Shown: positions 62,521 through 64,000 of the stretch, piece by piece
Layout of the letters: the number at the start of each line of letters is the position of its first letter
Numbering within the stretch: the first letter of the stretch is position 1
Assembly (NCBI GenBank): GCA_024679065.1
Contig: JAGIQG010000029.1
Location: forward strand, 22,506,001-22,570,000
DNA length: 64,000 nt
Origin: Sphyrna mokarran
Lineage: Eukaryota
Direction: 5' to 3'
Program-made: the position numbers and the translations under genes
Notes under the pieces: generated by a model
Databases searched by the model: none
Seen by the model: only the letters and a program-made list of their open reading frames with translations
What the model was told of the DNA's origin: nothing

Positions 62521-63239
62521 AAGCAAACATAATGTAATAACATATTGTTGTTGTCCTCTAAGTCTAAAAGAAATCTAATTGCATTTGCACACTGAAGAAT
62601 TGAATTGAATTTAGTCACAACACCGCTGTAAACCGAGGAGATTTCATTTTCACAGGCCCTTTTAAATCCTTCAAATTCCATTCCAATTTTTTACAGTATC
62701 GCTTTCCTGAAAGCAGCTGCAGAATCAGCCATTGCATAGAAGGTTTTCCTATTTCTTTTGTTCTGAAATGTAATGGTTCATATTAATGAAATAAGTGGAC
62801 TGTATCTGAACTGATTAGCCTGTCTTTAAATTCCAACCATTAGGACAGCAATGTCACTGGCTGGACAAACAAAATTCAAAGCAGGAAATCCAAATTGCGC
62901 CATAACCAAACAGGCATGGACAACTTCTGAAGCTTGCATCACAAAACAGATTGACCTGAACAGCCTTCCAGGCTAAAGCTCTGAAATAACACTTATCTCT
63001 TTCATTGGAAAATGATCCATGGCACGAGTCCATTGTATCATTCTTTGGCACAAATGAAGATTCCAATTAAACCAGAATGACAAAACTGCTTTTTGTGGCA
63101 GTCAAATATTTTCAGTATGTAACAAACAATCCATTCCTTTCTCTCTGGAATGCCAAAAGAACCTTTTCTCCAGATAACATCAACAACTTGCATTTATGAA
63201 GTACTTTTAATGCAATCAAGCATCTGAAGGCTGTACAGA

Positions 63240-63510
63240 CTGGAACTCTTTTCCTCTACAAAAGAGAAGGTTTTAAAATTGGAAGACATCTATACCTACA
63301 GCATAGAAAATTGGACTTGTTGCCCTATAGTGAGGTGGGATGAATAGCTGCTTTTAGGAATTAGATAAGCACATGGACAGATAAAGGAATAGAAGGATAC
63401 ACTTTTGGAGTCAGGAGAAATAGGGTGGGAAAAGACTCATATGAAGAACAAACACTAGCATAGACCAGTTGGATTGAATGGTCTGTTTTTCTACCATACA
63501 ATCCACATAA
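63240..63510 (+). mobile_element. Decayed CR1 3' end
   Basis: TTTAGGAATTAGATAAGCACATG..GTTGGATTGAATGGTCTGTTT. Confidence 0.6.
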
Positions 63511-63715
63511 TGTGTTTCACAGGAATGCAAACAGGCAAGCATTGAAAGTACCCAGATATGTGAATATAATGGGCATGTACTCCATGTATGTAAGATAACA
63601 GAGCTAGCTTAGCAATATGATCCAAAGAAGAGTGTATGTATCAAAAGAGAAAGAAAAGATGCTTGTAATGAATGACATGTCTGTTGGACCATGTGAGATG
63701 GCTCGTTATAGCTTA

Positions 63716-64000
63716 GGGGGAGGCAATGACCTAGTGATATTATCGTTAGACTATTAATCCAGAAACTCAGCTAATGTTGGGTTTGAATCTCACCACGGCA
63801 GATGGTAGAATTTGAATTCACTAAACATATCTGGAAGTAAGAATCTATTGATGACCATGAAACATTTATCTGTCAGAAAAAGCCATCTGATTCAATAATG
63901 TCCTTTAGGAAAGGAAATCAGCCATCCTTACCGATCTGGCCTACACGTGATTCCAGAGCCACAGCAATGTGGCTGCCTCTCAACTGCCCTCCAAGGACCA
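63716..64000 (+). mobile_element. tRNA-derived SINE family C
   Basis: Colinear with 48534-48870. Runs to the window edge. Fragments also at 1-60, 255-480 and 46620-46790. Confidence 0.85.

Overview
Eukaryotic, repeat-dense, gene-poor DNA (intergenic or deep intronic). The SINE and LINE families present point to a shark, probably a carcharhiniform; this is inference from HE1-type V-SINEs and HER1/CR1-type LINEs. I found no convincing host exon. The ORF track is mostly repeat read-through plus decayed CR1, Rex1/Babar and L2 reverse-transcriptase fragments. The window holds about 35 HE1-like V-SINE copies or fragments in two tail classes, at least three other SINE families, CR1, Rex1/Babar and L2 LINE 3' fragments, PIF/Harbinger-type MITEs, Penelope-like hairpin elements with decayed hammerhead ribozyme cores, and a 22-bp minisatellite. 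The most striking observation is a ~380-bp interspersed element present twice (26868-27246 and 56771-58528). It is built from spliceosomal snRNA pieces in the fixed order U1 (5' ~95 nt), U4 (5' kink-turn stem-loop), U2 (5' ~30 nt), followed by a unique body and an A-rich tail. This makes it a candidate multi-snRNA (SINEU-like) retroposon family in sharks. snRNA comparisons use vertebrate sequences recalled from memory. Repeat boundaries were read by eye and are approximate.
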